From the IMG/VR virus record IMGVR_UViG_3300031853_000030: a stretch of 64,000 bases of DNA, one strand, 5' to 3'. Numbering within the stretch: the first letter of the stretch is position 1; every line of letters begins with the position of its first letter. The position numbers and the translations under genes were made by a program. Under the pieces are notes generated by a model that saw only the letters and a list, made by a program, of their open reading frames with translations, did no database searches and was not told where the DNA came from. The DNA comes from a virus. This document shows, piece by piece, positions 19,852 to 31,006 of the stretch.

Positions 19852-21525
19852 TTACATGAAATATACCTGTATAGCTGGCATATCAAAATATGTCTTTTTA
19901 TTAATGTCCTTTTCATTATAATATTTAATGTTAGAAAGTATTGGCATTTCTAATTTACTATCTAATGAAATGTTATTAAATACATCTAAACCTGGAGTTG
20001 TGTCTTTTTCATAAATAACTTTTTCTTTAACGTATTCATAAGAACCATTTATAAGTCTAAATGAATAACGATAATAATATGAGTTATAGTATGCTTGTTC
20101 TGCCATATCTGAATAAATGTTCATTTCAATGGCCTTAATTTGTTTAATAGATGTAGTCAATAATTCAATAAGTTTTGCTTTAGCTATAAATTGTGTATTA
20201 GTTATGCTATTCATAAAATATGTAGCTAATTGAGTTTTTATTTCATTTTTTACATAATCTTGATCATATACATTGTCAACTTTAACATAACAAATTATAG
20301 CGAATTTTCTAATTATCGGATCTTGGAATTTAAGAGTTATACCGGCAAAAGACTTCTTAGAATTTTCAAGCGTATTCAAAACCATTGTCTTTTCTTGACT
20401 TGTTAAAAGTAATGATTTGTCATCAATAGTAAAATATGAATCAACATTCTTAAGATATGAACTTAAATTACGTAAGCATGTTGCAATTATATACATTGAA
20501 TTTTGTTCAGACCAACAATTAACATATCCTATAAAAGAGAAACGTTTAAAGAAAAGTTTGAAATTATCTTCTGAAGCAAGCACTAATGAACGTGAATTTG
20601 TACCTATCATATTACGTATAAATTCAATTGAATCAGAATTTGTTCCACCAGAAATACATGACTTTACATATATCTTCATATATGTATTAATATCAATTGC
20701 ATTACCAAAAGCATCAAATCCTCTATCAACAAAACTAAAATCAGTATCTTCTTCAGGAAGAATATTTCCTAATACGCCATTATGTTTAAGATATTCTAAT
20801 ACAATTGTATCTCCCTTTTTAAGACGTTTACCATTTACACCATCACCAAACATTATATCAAATGTATTGTCATATCCAATTGTACATACATATTCATTTC
20901 CATCTTCTGTCATATCATACAAATTTGAAACTTGTTCATATTGTATACCATTGACATAAACTTTTGTATATTGTTTGTCAAACAATTCACCGCATGACAT
21001 ATGGAATGTTTCAAGCTTATTGCCTACTGCAGTAAATGTATTTTTAGCTATATAACCTTGCACAATTTTAAATTCGTGTGTAATCAATGGCTTTGTTATA
21101 TCAAATACATAATAGTCAGTAGGTAAAATAATGCTATATTTCATACCATTATTTTTGTTTGAAACCTTTGTGCCATTTTTGACATAAATTTTTGTTAAAT
21201 TAGATTGCAATCCATTATTGATTATCATTTTACCTATCATTGTACCTGATGCTGCAGTTCCATAATAAGCTTCATATCCTGAAATTTTTGCAAGAGAATA
21301 AATTGATGATTTACGAGTTGCTGTAAAAATATTTTGTTCATTAAGAGCATCTTCTATATAGAACATAATATTTTGCATAATTCCTTTCATACCATCAAAT
21401 ATAACACCAAATATGTTGGAATGTGTATATTGCATTCCAAGTGAATTAAGTGTTTTTGATAAATATGAACGTACAGTTCTATCGTAATTATCAAATGTTG
21501 TTTCTGTTAATTTAAATAATTTCAT
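19852..21525 (-). CDS. baseplate wedge protein (T4 gp6-like)
   Basis: NIFTATRKSSIYSLAKISGY, FGDGVNGKRL and GGTNSDSIEFIR...EDNF motifs; adjacent to a gp25-like gene. Confidence 0.8.
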   Translation of the reverse strand: MKLFKLTETTFDNYDRTVRSYLSKTLNSLGMQYTHSNIFGVIFDGMKGIMQNIMFYIEDALNEQNIFTATRKSSIYSLAKISGYEAYYGTAASGTMIGKMIINNGLQSNLTKIYVKNGTKVSNKNNGMKYSIILPTDYYVFDITKPLITHEFKIVQGYIAKNTFTAVGNKLETFHMSCGELFDKQYTKVYVNGIQYEQVSNLYDMTEDGNEYVCTIGYDNTFDIMFGDGVNGKRLKKGDTIVLEYLKHNGVLGNILPEEDTDFSFVDRGFDAFGNAIDINTYMKIYVKSCISGGTNSDSIEFIRNMIGTNSRSLVLASEDNFKLFFKRFSFIGYVNCWSEQNSMYIIATCLRNLSSYLKNVDSYFTIDDKSLLLTSQEKTMVLNTLENSKKSFAGITLKFQDPIIRKFAIICYVKVDNVYDQDYVKNEIKTQLATYFMNSITNTQFIAKAKLIELLTTSIKQIKAIEMNIYSDMAEQAYYNSYYYRYSFRLINGSYEYVKEKVIYEKDTTPGLDVFNNISLDSKLEMPILSNIKYYNEKDINKKTYFDMPAIQVYFM

Positions 21526-21526
21526 A

Positions 21527-21865
21527 TTATCTTAATTGATATGTTCTATTTTGTGTATTAGTTCCATCTGAAACAGATATTTTAACAACATATATTCTTC
21601 TCATTTCTCCTTCCATTGTTGTAACATTAACTTCTGTTAACATATCACGTAAAAAGAATGAGTCTTTTATTTTGTCATAAATATATGTTTGCAACATATT
21701 GGATGCATCGTTTATCTGCCACAAGAATTGTTCAAAATTTGTACCAAATGAAGAATATCCAATCAACTCACCATTTGTTGTGTTGAATATCATATCTAAT
21801 TCTTGTACAGCTTCATCCAATTTACTTGTTATAAATACTCGTGAATCTATAGCTAAATCTATCAT
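21527..21865 (-). CDS. baseplate gp25/GPW-like protein
   Basis: 112 aa; FNTTNGE...FGTNFEQFLW matches the gp25 pattern TxxGE...FGxxL. Confidence 0.75.
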   Translation of the reverse strand: MIDLAIDSRVFITSKLDEAVQELDMIFNTTNGELIGYSSFGTNFEQFLWQINDASNMLQTYIYDKIKDSFFLRDMLTEVNVTTMEGEMRRIYVVKISVSDGTNTQNRTYQLR

Positions 21866-21873
21866 AGCAATAT

Positions 21874-24306
21874 TTAATAAATTATCCAGTTACCTGATGA
21901 TATATACTCATCATCTTGATTTACAATGTTATAAGTACCACCACTTGATGTAATCATATTTGCATTTATGTCAAATATTACATATACATCATTTCTACCT
22001 ATTTCTGTATATTCAATGTCGTCGAGTTTTAATTTGAATGATTCAACTTTACTCATATATTGGCCAAGATTTATACCAATTTTCTGTGATACCTTTGAAC
22101 GTAATTTGAGATTTTGTAAATCATATGTTCTAAAATACACTGGTTTGAAAAGAATAGTAGATTTATTTCCTACATTCTTAATTACATTACTATCTTGACT
22201 TTCTTTAGTTGTCACTACATTTATAGTGTCAATAAAATTAAAACGTTTTTGTTCTAATTCTTCTGATAAAAATTCATCATAGAAATTACGAATAATTTGT
22301 TTAGCTTCATCCATTGCTGTATTTACATTAGTAGTCTTTAATGCAATTTTTGATAAAGCATAATCAAGAGTTGTAAGTAATTCTTCTTTAGTTTTTAATA
22401 TATCAGAGTTAAGTGTTATTTCTTTCATATTTTCATTTATCTTATTTAATGAATGTATTGTTGGAACATCTTTAATAATCATGTATTTTATCGCATCTTT
22501 ATGCAAAGGAATTAAATTAGAAGTTAAAACGTTTCCCAATATTCTATCAATAAACATAACTTGACAAATAAGAACATCAGGTACTTCATTCCACGATTTG
22601 AAAATATCATCGATATTAAATGCGAAATTGTCTAACGTTTCAAAATTTGATGTAACAGTAGTATCATATATGACATTTTTCATGAATTTATCTGCAAATA
22701 TCTGAATACGATATCCCATAAAATCCATAGCTGTTTGATAGTCATCTTCAACTTCCCAATCTCTTAATTCATCTTTAATTCCTTTATAATTACGTTCAAT
22801 AATTCTTCTGAGTTTTTCTTTATTAGATACCTCATATACTAATTCTTTACGTGTTACACCATCTTCATCAATAATATCTTCAGCAAATGCCATTTCATAA
22901 TTATTGTCATCACTATCGAACATTGTATTACTTATGTTTTGATTATCCCAATGTTCATCTACATAAGCCAATAAACTATATTGTTCTTCTGGCATTTCAG
23001 CTAAAAGTCTATTAACCCAAAAATATTTATATTCATCTTCATCTACATTATAATAGAATTTATATGCAGCACGTAAAGCTAATGTTTCATCGCCATTAAA
23101 TTCATTTAACCATTTTTCTTTATTAGGATAATCAAATTTTGCAATTATTGAAAATAAGAAGTTAGTAAATCCTATTTCTGCCGATAATGAAAATTTATAT
23201 TCAGTAGTATATGTATTTGTTACAGTTGCATATTTATAACTTGGTATGAAATTTCCATTATTTTTATCAACGTAATCGTAAGGGAAAATTGTGAAGTTAA
23301 TAGGATATGTTATATAGTTATTCTCAAATGATTTGAAATGTTTAATATATAGTTTAACATTTTCTTCTTCATTTGTTATTGGGTTAACTTCTTTAACAAT
23401 TCTAAATGGTTGTATAAGTAAATTAAGTGGTACTCGTTGAATGTTATGAATATCTTTGTCAAAATATGACTCAGCATCATCTGGCATTTCATTAACATTA
23501 CTCATAACATGATACTTTGCCTTTTCTGTACCATCTTTCAATTCGAATATTATACGTTCAATAAATGAATCATTCTTTGTAGATATGACAGTATTTAAGT
23601 TTTCATGATAATAAACATTAAAAATTTCTTTATGTGTTTGCTCATCATTTTTTACAAACTTAAATAACTGTTCAATATTTGGATAAGCTATTTCTGCAAA
23701 TTCTGAATAAATGCAATTGTTTATTCTAAATTCTGTTTCAGAATTTGTAGAAAAGTTTTGATATAAATTGCAAAAATAATGGAAGTGAATATCATTAATA
23801 TAATTGTCAATATATAAAATACCATTTATTGCTTTTGTGTTAGCTGGGTGATAAATGCGTACTTTATTACAATCAATCCATTTTGGATTTCCTTCAACAT
23901 CAAGTAATTCATAAACATCACTTCCATATTCAAATCTATCTTCATCAAGACTTAATCCTTCAACATAATTGTTATAAAGAGAATAGTTCTTGAAATTACT
24001 ATTGAACATTGAATATAAATTACTAAATGATGTTATATTTCCTTCAGGAATTGGAAACACAATTTTAGATGTTTTTTCAGAGAATGTATCTTTATCTTTA
24101 CTATAATGAATTTCTCTTATAAATTTATCAAATACACTCTTTTCAATAAAATATATGTCGTTGTCAGTTATTATATCATTCATCAACGTAAAATTACGTA
24201 ACATTACAAATTTTCTTTTGCATGGATTACGTAATAAATCAATATTTGCATCATAAATATCTACAACATACTGATAACCGCCAATATTATATAATTGTCT
24301 CTGCAT
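21874..24306 (-). CDS. large putative virion/baseplate-associated protein
   Basis: 810-aa ORF, first in the baseplate operon; no recognised motif. Confidence 0.55.
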   Translation of the reverse strand: MQRQLYNIGGYQYVVDIYDANIDLLRNPCKRKFVMLRNFTLMNDIITDNDIYFIEKSVFDKFIREIHYSKDKDTFSEKTSKIVFPIPEGNITSFSNLYSMFNSNFKNYSLYNNYVEGLSLDEDRFEYGSDVYELLDVEGNPKWIDCNKVRIYHPANTKAINGILYIDNYINDIHFHYFCNLYQNFSTNSETEFRINNCIYSEFAEIAYPNIEQLFKFVKNDEQTHKEIFNVYYHENLNTVISTKNDSFIERIIFELKDGTEKAKYHVMSNVNEMPDDAESYFDKDIHNIQRVPLNLLIQPFRIVKEVNPITNEEENVKLYIKHFKSFENNYITYPINFTIFPYDYVDKNNGNFIPSYKYATVTNTYTTEYKFSLSAEIGFTNFLFSIIAKFDYPNKEKWLNEFNGDETLALRAAYKFYYNVDEDEYKYFWVNRLLAEMPEEQYSLLAYVDEHWDNQNISNTMFDSDDNNYEMAFAEDIIDEDGVTRKELVYEVSNKEKLRRIIERNYKGIKDELRDWEVEDDYQTAMDFMGYRIQIFADKFMKNVIYDTTVTSNFETLDNFAFNIDDIFKSWNEVPDVLICQVMFIDRILGNVLTSNLIPLHKDAIKYMIIKDVPTIHSLNKINENMKEITLNSDILKTKEELLTTLDYALSKIALKTTNVNTAMDEAKQIIRNFYDEFLSEELEQKRFNFIDTINVVTTKESQDSNVIKNVGNKSTILFKPVYFRTYDLQNLKLRSKVSQKIGINLGQYMSKVESFKLKLDDIEYTEIGRNDVYVIFDINANMITSSGGTYNIVNQDDEYISSGNWIIY

Positions 24307-24326
24307 ATTTTAACCATTTTATTAGT

Positions 24327-24334
24327 TAAAAATA
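24327..24334 (-). promoter_or_regulatory. putative late promoter core TATTTTTA
   Basis: TAAAAATA on + lies 21-43 nt upstream of the lead gene of - strand units, at 13008, 18144, 19837, 24327, 32745, 42996 and 56744. Confidence 0.55.
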
Positions 24335-24383
24335 GGCAATATATGTGATATTTTATGACAACGTTAAATTTTTATTCTTATTT

Positions 24384-24422
24384 TTGAAATAATATTAGAT
24401 AATATCTATATTAGACATGTAA
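24384..24422 (+). promoter_or_regulatory. phage early promoter
   Basis: TTGAA-N17-CTATATTAGACATGTAA. Confidence 0.7.
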
Positions 24423-24434
24423 AATAAAACAACA

Positions 24435-26057
24435 ATGAGACCACGTATACAAAAAGGTTTTGGAACTATTACTTTCAAAGAATTGGACAAATTCCTCAAT
24501 GAAAATAATTGTTGGGGAATTACTGTAAAAAGAGTAAGTCCAACTATTTTAGAATACATGTATGTAATGATGTTTAGGAATTTGCATGCAGGTAAACTTA
24601 AAGAAATTAGAGTAACTGTTTCTAGAACATCCAAACTTGTTACAGGTCTTGAAATTGAAGGTAAGAAATTCGATAATATTGATGGGTTTAAGAAATACGT
24701 TTCAATTAAATGAGAAAGCTTACAATTCAAGAAAAGATAAATAAATACTATAAAGAGCATCCATTTTTTGAGGAATATCGTGGATGGAAAATAAGACTTC
24801 ATCGTTCAGACGATAAATATTTGGGTACTCTTTGGTATTTCACATGTGATGTAAGACCTGGTGTTGAAAGTTGTATGGCCACTCATGTTGAAATGGTTAG
24901 AGACTGGATAGATCAGAAGATTAATGAAGGTAAAATTCAGCAAGAAGATATATGAAAGCAAAAGTTATTGAGACTGGAGAAATTATAAATGTTCAGTGTT
25001 TATATCCTACAACATATTCAAGATTAGATTGTAATGGCAAAATTATCGAAGAATATGATGAAGATGAATTAGAATTTGAACCGAAACCTAAAATGGTGTC
25101 GCTTGATAAAATTTGCGAATATTTATTACCGCGCCTTGAGGCTGATTTAGGATATTATGCAGCTGGTGACTTTATAAACAATTTAAGAAAAGAATTTGAA
25201 TAATGAAGATAATTAGTAAATATAAAGACTTTTATGATTTTATTGTACAAGATCATGATGCGGATTTGAATTATGTTCGCAATATTGGACTTGTCAATGA
25301 ATATCTTGATGATCTTTTTAGAACAGAAGGAAATTCAATTCCATACTACTCTAAATATTACGGTTATCAAGATACATACAGAAGTCGCAGAGATAATGGT
25401 GAACTTACATTTGATAATTTCATTTTTGGAATTTATCCATTTGTATTTTCACAACCAATTCTTAGAATTTACTATAAGTATAGAGTAAATGGAAATGTTG
25501 AAAATTTCTTTATTATTCTTGGTCGAGAACTTGTAGATAAAGTTTTAGATAGCAGTATAATTGTATCACAATCAGCAATTGATCTTGAATTAAAAAAGAT
25601 TGCACAACTTGAATTTGATAAACGAGCCAATGAGCATTTATGCGATTATGCGAAAGTACATTTTGCTCCACATAATAAATTAGCGGACATTCAAAAATCA
25701 CTTAAAATGCATGTTTGGAAAGTGGATTGTCCGGATATTTTCTACAAAATTGAATCACCCGTATTTATAAAGTACAATTATGATTTAGTTGTAAATGGAG
25801 CATATTGGGATAATTGGCCAGAAGAACCAAGAATTGGAAAGTTGAAAGATACACATTATGTAACTGATATTTCATTCCAAAAACTCAATTATAATATACT
25901 TAAATATTGGTATAATGATTTATTTGATTTAAATACGTACATTAATATTGAGAATTTCTTATGGAGTATTAAACAAGAACCCGAAGCCAAACCGGATAAC
26001 AAAACAAAAATTTTGGCACATGGGTTTGATCTTAAAACTAGTTTTAGAAAAATGTAA
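24435..26057 (+). other. early hypothetical CDSs 24435-24713, 24710-24955, 24952-25203, 25203-26057
   Basis: ATGA and TAATG overlaps; the last ORF ends in the phage motif KILAHGFDLKTSFR. Confidence 0.7.
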
Positions 26058-26088
26058 ATAACAAATATAACAAACAAAATATATTACT

Positions 26089-26571
26089 ATGTCACAGATT
26101 ATCGGAACAATGACTTTTAAAAAGTTCACAGGTGAGAAGCTTGAGAACGTTTCAGATTATGTAAAGGCATATGTTGATGAGCATAAGCCGGTAGATATTG
26201 AAATTATTATAGGTACAGACTCTCAAAATAGAGGACGTTGTACAGTTTATTCTACCGTTATTGTATTATGTACACCAGGTCATGGTGGTCACTGTATATT
26301 CAGACGTTGGAAGACTGAGAAAGAGAGAGTACGTCAAGTAAGATTGCTTAAGGAAGTTGAGGAATCTATTAACCTTGCAAATGAGCTTGTAGCAAATGGC
26401 TGTCCAAAGCCTAAGTACATCGATATCGATGTTAACCCAAACCCAAAATTCAAGTCTAACGAAGTTTATACTACTGCAAAGGGTTGGGTAGAATCAATGG
26501 GATATGAAGTACGTTTCAAGACTCTTGGTGCTATGGCAACATGTGCAGCTGACTGGCTTGTTAAGGCATAA
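26089..26571 (+). CDS. RNase H-like YkuK (DUF458) family protein
   Basis: IIIGTDSQ, RLLKEVEES, IDIDVN and AADW. Confidence 0.8.
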   Translation: MSQIIGTMTFKKFTGEKLENVSDYVKAYVDEHKPVDIEIIIGTDSQNRGRCTVYSTVIVLCTPGHGGHCIFRRWKTEKERVRQVRLLKEVEESINLANELVANGCPKPKYIDIDVNPNPKFKSNEVYTTAKGWVESMGYEVRFKTLGAMATCAADWLVKA

Positions 26572-26600
26572 ATAAAAATCAAATAATCATATATCAATTG

Positions 26601-26624
26601 AGGGAGACCATTTGGTCTCCCTTT
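26601..26624. terminator. terminator between convergent genes
   Basis: AGGGAGACCA-tt-TGGTCTCCCT. Confidence 0.8.
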
Positions 26625-26931
26625 ATGTTTTAAAAAATGGATTGTCTTTCATTACTTCGATAATTTCTTCACATCTATTACATTCTTTTCTAAATCCAAC
26701 TACTTGTTCAACTGACAAATCAAACCATTCATTTTTTACTCTTGCGGTTTGATATTTTGCATGCATCATTTGCTCAACTCTATTTGGATATTCTGTTTCA
26801 TGATACGATGATATAAATATCTCATTTGGATTTCCTGTTTGTAATTCTGTAATTCTCTTTTCGATTTTTCCTCTTGTCATTCCTATTTTAAATCTTTCAC
26901 CATCACAAAGTAAATAAACAAAACCCTTCAT
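26623..26931 (-). CDS. GIY-YIG-like (T5orf172/MUG113) domain protein
   Basis: GFVYLL, FKIGMT, KRITELQTGNP, VEQMMH and NEWF. Confidence 0.85.
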   Translation of the reverse strand: MKGFVYLLCDGERFKIGMTRGKIEKRITELQTGNPNEIFISSYHETEYPNRVEQMMHAKYQTARVKNEWFDLSVEQVVGFRKECNRCEEIIEVMKDNPFFKT

Positions 26932-26946
26932 AATTTTATATAATAT

Positions 26947-26984
26947 TTGAATTTTTTCTCATAATTACTATATTATATATGTAA
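26947..26984 (+). promoter_or_regulatory. phage early promoter
   Basis: TTGAA-N16-CTATATTATATATGTAA. Confidence 0.8.
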
Positions 26985-27016
26985 TCAAATAAAAATAAAC
27001 TTAAAAAATCAAACAA

Positions 27017-28985
27017 ATGAATATTACAGAAGTTTACATTCATTCAATTGGTAAGAAAATTTCAATTGAGGAGTTTAAAGCACATTGCTATAAGCCCGGC
27101 CACGTATATAAAATCAATCCTCATTATTTTCACAAATGTGTAGGATATAAGAATGGTGGTCATCCTGTAATTGAAACATTCATTGTACTCACAAATGTAA
27201 ACAATGGTGACTATCAAGTAATTTTCCATCCGGCCACTGAAATAATTGAAGAGGACTACACAACTTGCGCAGTAATGCCTTCATTGGATTTTGTCAATAA
27301 AGTACTTGCAGGAGAAATCACCGAAGTTGACCCAGAAAAGTTTGACAATTTGGTCAATAAGTTTAGGAATATTGCAGACAATTTTGTAAAGGAAGTAGAA
27401 AATCTTTAATATATGTTTAACACAAAGTATTACGTTCAGGTTATTAAGCAGTTTGAGTTGCATTCATATAATACCGAGCTTGGTAGATGCACTTATGGTA
27501 AGTTGTATTACATTCTTAGGAAGCGTAATTTGTTTAAGAAGGATGAAATGATTAAAGCGTTTGATAATGCAGATGAGGCATTGGAAACTTGTGCAAAACT
27601 TAATAACAAATAATATGGAAAGAAATGAACTTTGGGGAATTATTGAACGAATGAAAGATTACATGAGTTCTGAACAAATTTTAGATGCCTTATGTATGTC
27701 ACTTGACTCCGATACTCTTGAAGAACATCTTCGTTATATTGACAAAAATTACGAAACTCATTTATTTAATTAAATATGAAACTTACAAGTATTTTACGAC
27801 CTAATAAGGTAAATTTAGTTCCTGATGATATTAAGTCAACCGTAATGGCTGAGGATTGCACACTTAGTCAGGCATTCGTAATGATTGAAAATTGGTGCAA
27901 TGATAATGGAGCCAATTATCCTGACGTTGCAAGTCTTTGGAAAGATAAGGGTAATATGAGTGTGAAAGTTCATACACATGATAATAAGTACATTAACATT
28001 TTTAATATTGAAGACTAATGAAAAATATCGCAAACGATTACGAAAAGTACGAGTCATCTAACAATTATCAAAAGACTTCAAAAAAGAATAACAAGACAAA
28101 GTGGAAGTAAAATGGCAAGAAAAGTTATTAAAAACTGGAAAGTTGTACAAACTAATGTTAGTTTGAGTGGTGCTATCAAAATGTTTAAAACCCGTGTCGT
28201 AAATGGACAGCAATATGATGTTATTGGTATTCGTTGTATAAATAAGCTTTTACAAACAGGTTTAAACAACATTGACGAATATCCGTTTTCTGCTAAAGAT
28301 ATTACTTGTGATAGTTGGGAAATCCTGATTCCTGATGACAGTATGGAAGCTCTTACAAATAAACTTCGCAATATTGTTAAGGAGGAGCATTTTAGTGGTC
28401 TTAATTATGATAAAATTGACAATATGTCAATTGATGAACTTTGGGAGCATATTCGTGATTGGAAGCTTAATAGCCTTGATAGAAATGGAAAGTATCGTCT
28501 TTTGAAATTTATAATTGAAAATAAACTCTATAAGAACTCATGATTAACGCAATAATTTTTATCATATCATTTAGCTGGTGGCTTTATCGCATATGTCATA
28601 AACAATTTGGTTGGTTAACATATGTATTAGCGTTTCTTTGGGGAGCGTTTATCACTCAAACCATTATTTGGTTGTGTGGTGTACCTACAGTAATTGATAA
28701 AATATTTGGATAATGGAAAATTTAGAAATTAAACAATTAGTGCACGATATATCGATACTTAAAGAAAAATTTCGATATTATCAAAATTGCCAAGAAGTTG
28801 CAAAACGAGACTATAACATGTGGGATCCATATGATGGATTGACAAAAGATCAGCATGAACAGAAATATGGTAATGAAATCGCAAGCAATCGATATGTCTT
28901 AAATTCTTTAGAAAAGCAAATTAAGGAATGTCGTAAAAAACTTAAACAAGCAAATAGGGAACAAAACAAGAAAAGGGAAGTTTAA
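27017..28985 (+). other. early cluster of small hypothetical CDSs (27017-27409, 27413-27613, ~27615-27773, 27776-28018, 28112-28543, 28540-28713 [membrane, not in track], 28713-28985)
   Basis: Packed ORFs between the promoter and the terminator. Confidence 0.65.
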
Positions 28986-28998
28986 GCTTCCCTTTTCT
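28971..28998. terminator. bidirectional terminator
   Basis: AAAAGGGAAG-tttaag-CTTCCCTTTT. Confidence 0.8.
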
Positions 28999-28999
28999 G

Positions 29000-29550
29000 T
29001 TATACAATTTTATATCTTCTAAATTTCTTTCTACGCTTATATAACTTTCCAGTTTTTATATCAACACACATTGGTTGAGGAACATCTCCAGAACCTGGTG
29101 TTTCCGGTGTTGGAGCAGTTATTCCACCCATTCCAATAGTATTCATAGGTGTAGCAAACAAATCTTCTTCAATATAATCTTTTAAATTTCTCATTATTCA
29201 AACTCACCACCAAAATAATTCATAAAGTCAGCAGCATATTCTTTTCCATCAAGTTTAAATGATACTTCCCAAGTATTACCCATGTCTATTGAAACAACTT
29301 TGATTTGTTTATCCCAATTCTTTTTGAAAAAATCTGCTATGTCTTTACATCCCTTTTCAGGATTTTCATCATCAAAATGATCAAACCAACCATTATCAAG
29401 AAGACCTTCGCAATCTTCAGGATTAATTATAGATACATCTGCTTTTCCATCTGGCATTTCACCAGCACATGCCCACTGATAAAAATCTGCTAAAGTGGCT
29501 GTGTCTTTATGTTGTTTACTTTCTAATATGAATTGTTTTAAGTCTCTCAT
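29000..29550 (-). other. two small putative internal virion proteins (29000-29194 MRNLKDYIEE, basic tail; 29194-29550 MRDLKQFILE, acidic)
   Basis: Capsid-targeting-like N-termini. Confidence 0.55.
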
Positions 29551-29564
29551 ATATTTTGTTAAAT

Positions 29565-30290
29565 TTATTTTCCTTCAAAATACCATTTAGCTTCTGCTTG
29601 ACGTCTTTTAATCAAACCAGGATATTTTCTACCCTGAACATCTGATAAATGAGACCAAGTGTTTCTAATTGCAGGATTATTTGGATTAGCAATAACCATT
29701 TTACAAATTTGCTTATTTAAGAATCCCATTCCAAAATTATAACAACCTGAAGCTATGGCGTCTTTTTGATTTTGATTAAGTTTTACTTTATTGTCATTAG
29801 CCCATCTATCAATACGATTAGCTGTATATTTTGCATGTTCTAAGAAAAGATTTTCTAATTCCTTTTGTGTCCATGTTCTCTTTATTGAATCCATAAATTT
29901 ACCATTTGGATGATAAAGTAAACCATAACCGTAAGTTAAATGACCTTTTGCGTCATGTAAGTCATAACCATTCAAATCTTTAAATGTCATTGTATAACCA
30001 AACTTTTTACCAGTCTCATATTGACAAATAAAGTTAATTATGCCATCACTAAGTCCAGTATTATTTATTGTTTTTTGAGGAACTGTAGTTGTAGTTATTG
30101 GACTATTTGGAAATATAATTGCCCATGATTTTGGTCCAATTACACCATCTGGTGTAAGCCCTTTAGATTTTTGCCATTCTTTGACTTTTTTATCTGTATT
30201 AGGACCAAAGTTTCCATCCGGTGTCAAACCAAGATACTTTTGAAGTATCTTGACATCTTCTCCTTTAGAGCCTAATTTAATTGTAATCAT
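29565..30290 (-). CDS. endolysin: peptidoglycan-binding domain plus GH24 lysozyme
   Basis: LGSKGEDVKILQ...DGNFGPNT...DGVIGPKSW (PG_binding_1), then YE, TYGYG, LNQNQKDA..YNFG and GLIKRRQAE. Confidence 0.9.
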   Translation of the reverse strand: MITIKLGSKGEDVKILQKYLGLTPDGNFGPNTDKKVKEWQKSKGLTPDGVIGPKSWAIIFPNSPITTTTVPQKTINNTGLSDGIINFICQYETGKKFGYTMTFKDLNGYDLHDAKGHLTYGYGLLYHPNGKFMDSIKRTWTQKELENLFLEHAKYTANRIDRWANDNKVKLNQNQKDAIASGCYNFGMGFLNKQICKMVIANPNNPAIRNTWSHLSDVQGRKYPGLIKRRQAEAKWYFEGK

Positions 30291-30299
30291 AATTGATTT

Positions 30300-31005
30300 T
30301 TATTTTTTTAAGTCCTTGTAAACTCTTGATAATATATCTGCTAGGTCATCCCAACTTACTGAATCACGCATAGAATGATAACTTGCATTGAATAAATTAA
30401 TTACTGAACTAGATGCACCAGCGTTTTGTAATTTATCAACATTCATATTTTCATTTATTTTCACGTTTTCATCTGTTGAAATCAAATCTTTAATGTTTTT
30501 CATATTATTTCTTATCTTTATTTTCGTATTCTTTTTATCTTCTTTAGAGCTTATTTAATTGTAGTCACAATTATTTAGGTTCATCTTTTTTTAATATTTT
30601 TACACAATCCATAAATTCATCGGCATCATCTCTATTCAAATAATACCAAATGTCTTCATATTTACAAATATATAAGTTTATGATTCCACCTGCACCTGGA
30701 TGTTTATCGTTATCTTCTGTATCATAAACTATAATAACTTTATCTCTATTAAATAATTCTATTTGTTGTGGACGTTCTCTATCAAATACTTTATTTACGG
30801 GTGCATCTAAATGTCCCCAAACACTATCATTTTCTACAGAAGAGAATTGAATATCATCTGTTAATTCTACAATAGCTCCAATATAATTTTTATTATCCAT
30901 TCTTAAGTTTTTTACTATTGTATCAAAATGTTTTAAGTCTACTGTAGGCTTATTTTTTCTACCTCTTGTAATAGCTTCATTTATAAAATTATTTATACTC
31001 TTCAT
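30300..31005 (-). other. two putative internal virion proteins (30300-30503 MKNIKDLI..KINE; 30571-31005 MKSINNFINEA)
   Basis: Capsid-targeting-like N-termini. Confidence 0.55.
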
Positions 31006-31006
31006 A

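Noticed and set aside
20417..20959. 180-aa plus-strand ORF (and the many other short antisense ORFs in the track)
   Set aside because: Antisense shadows of well-supported genes, with non-ATG starts or biased composition.
26623..26931. mobile homing endonuclease or intron
   Set aside because: A stand-alone 102-aa T5orf172-type domain with no DNA-binding extension and no interrupted host gene.
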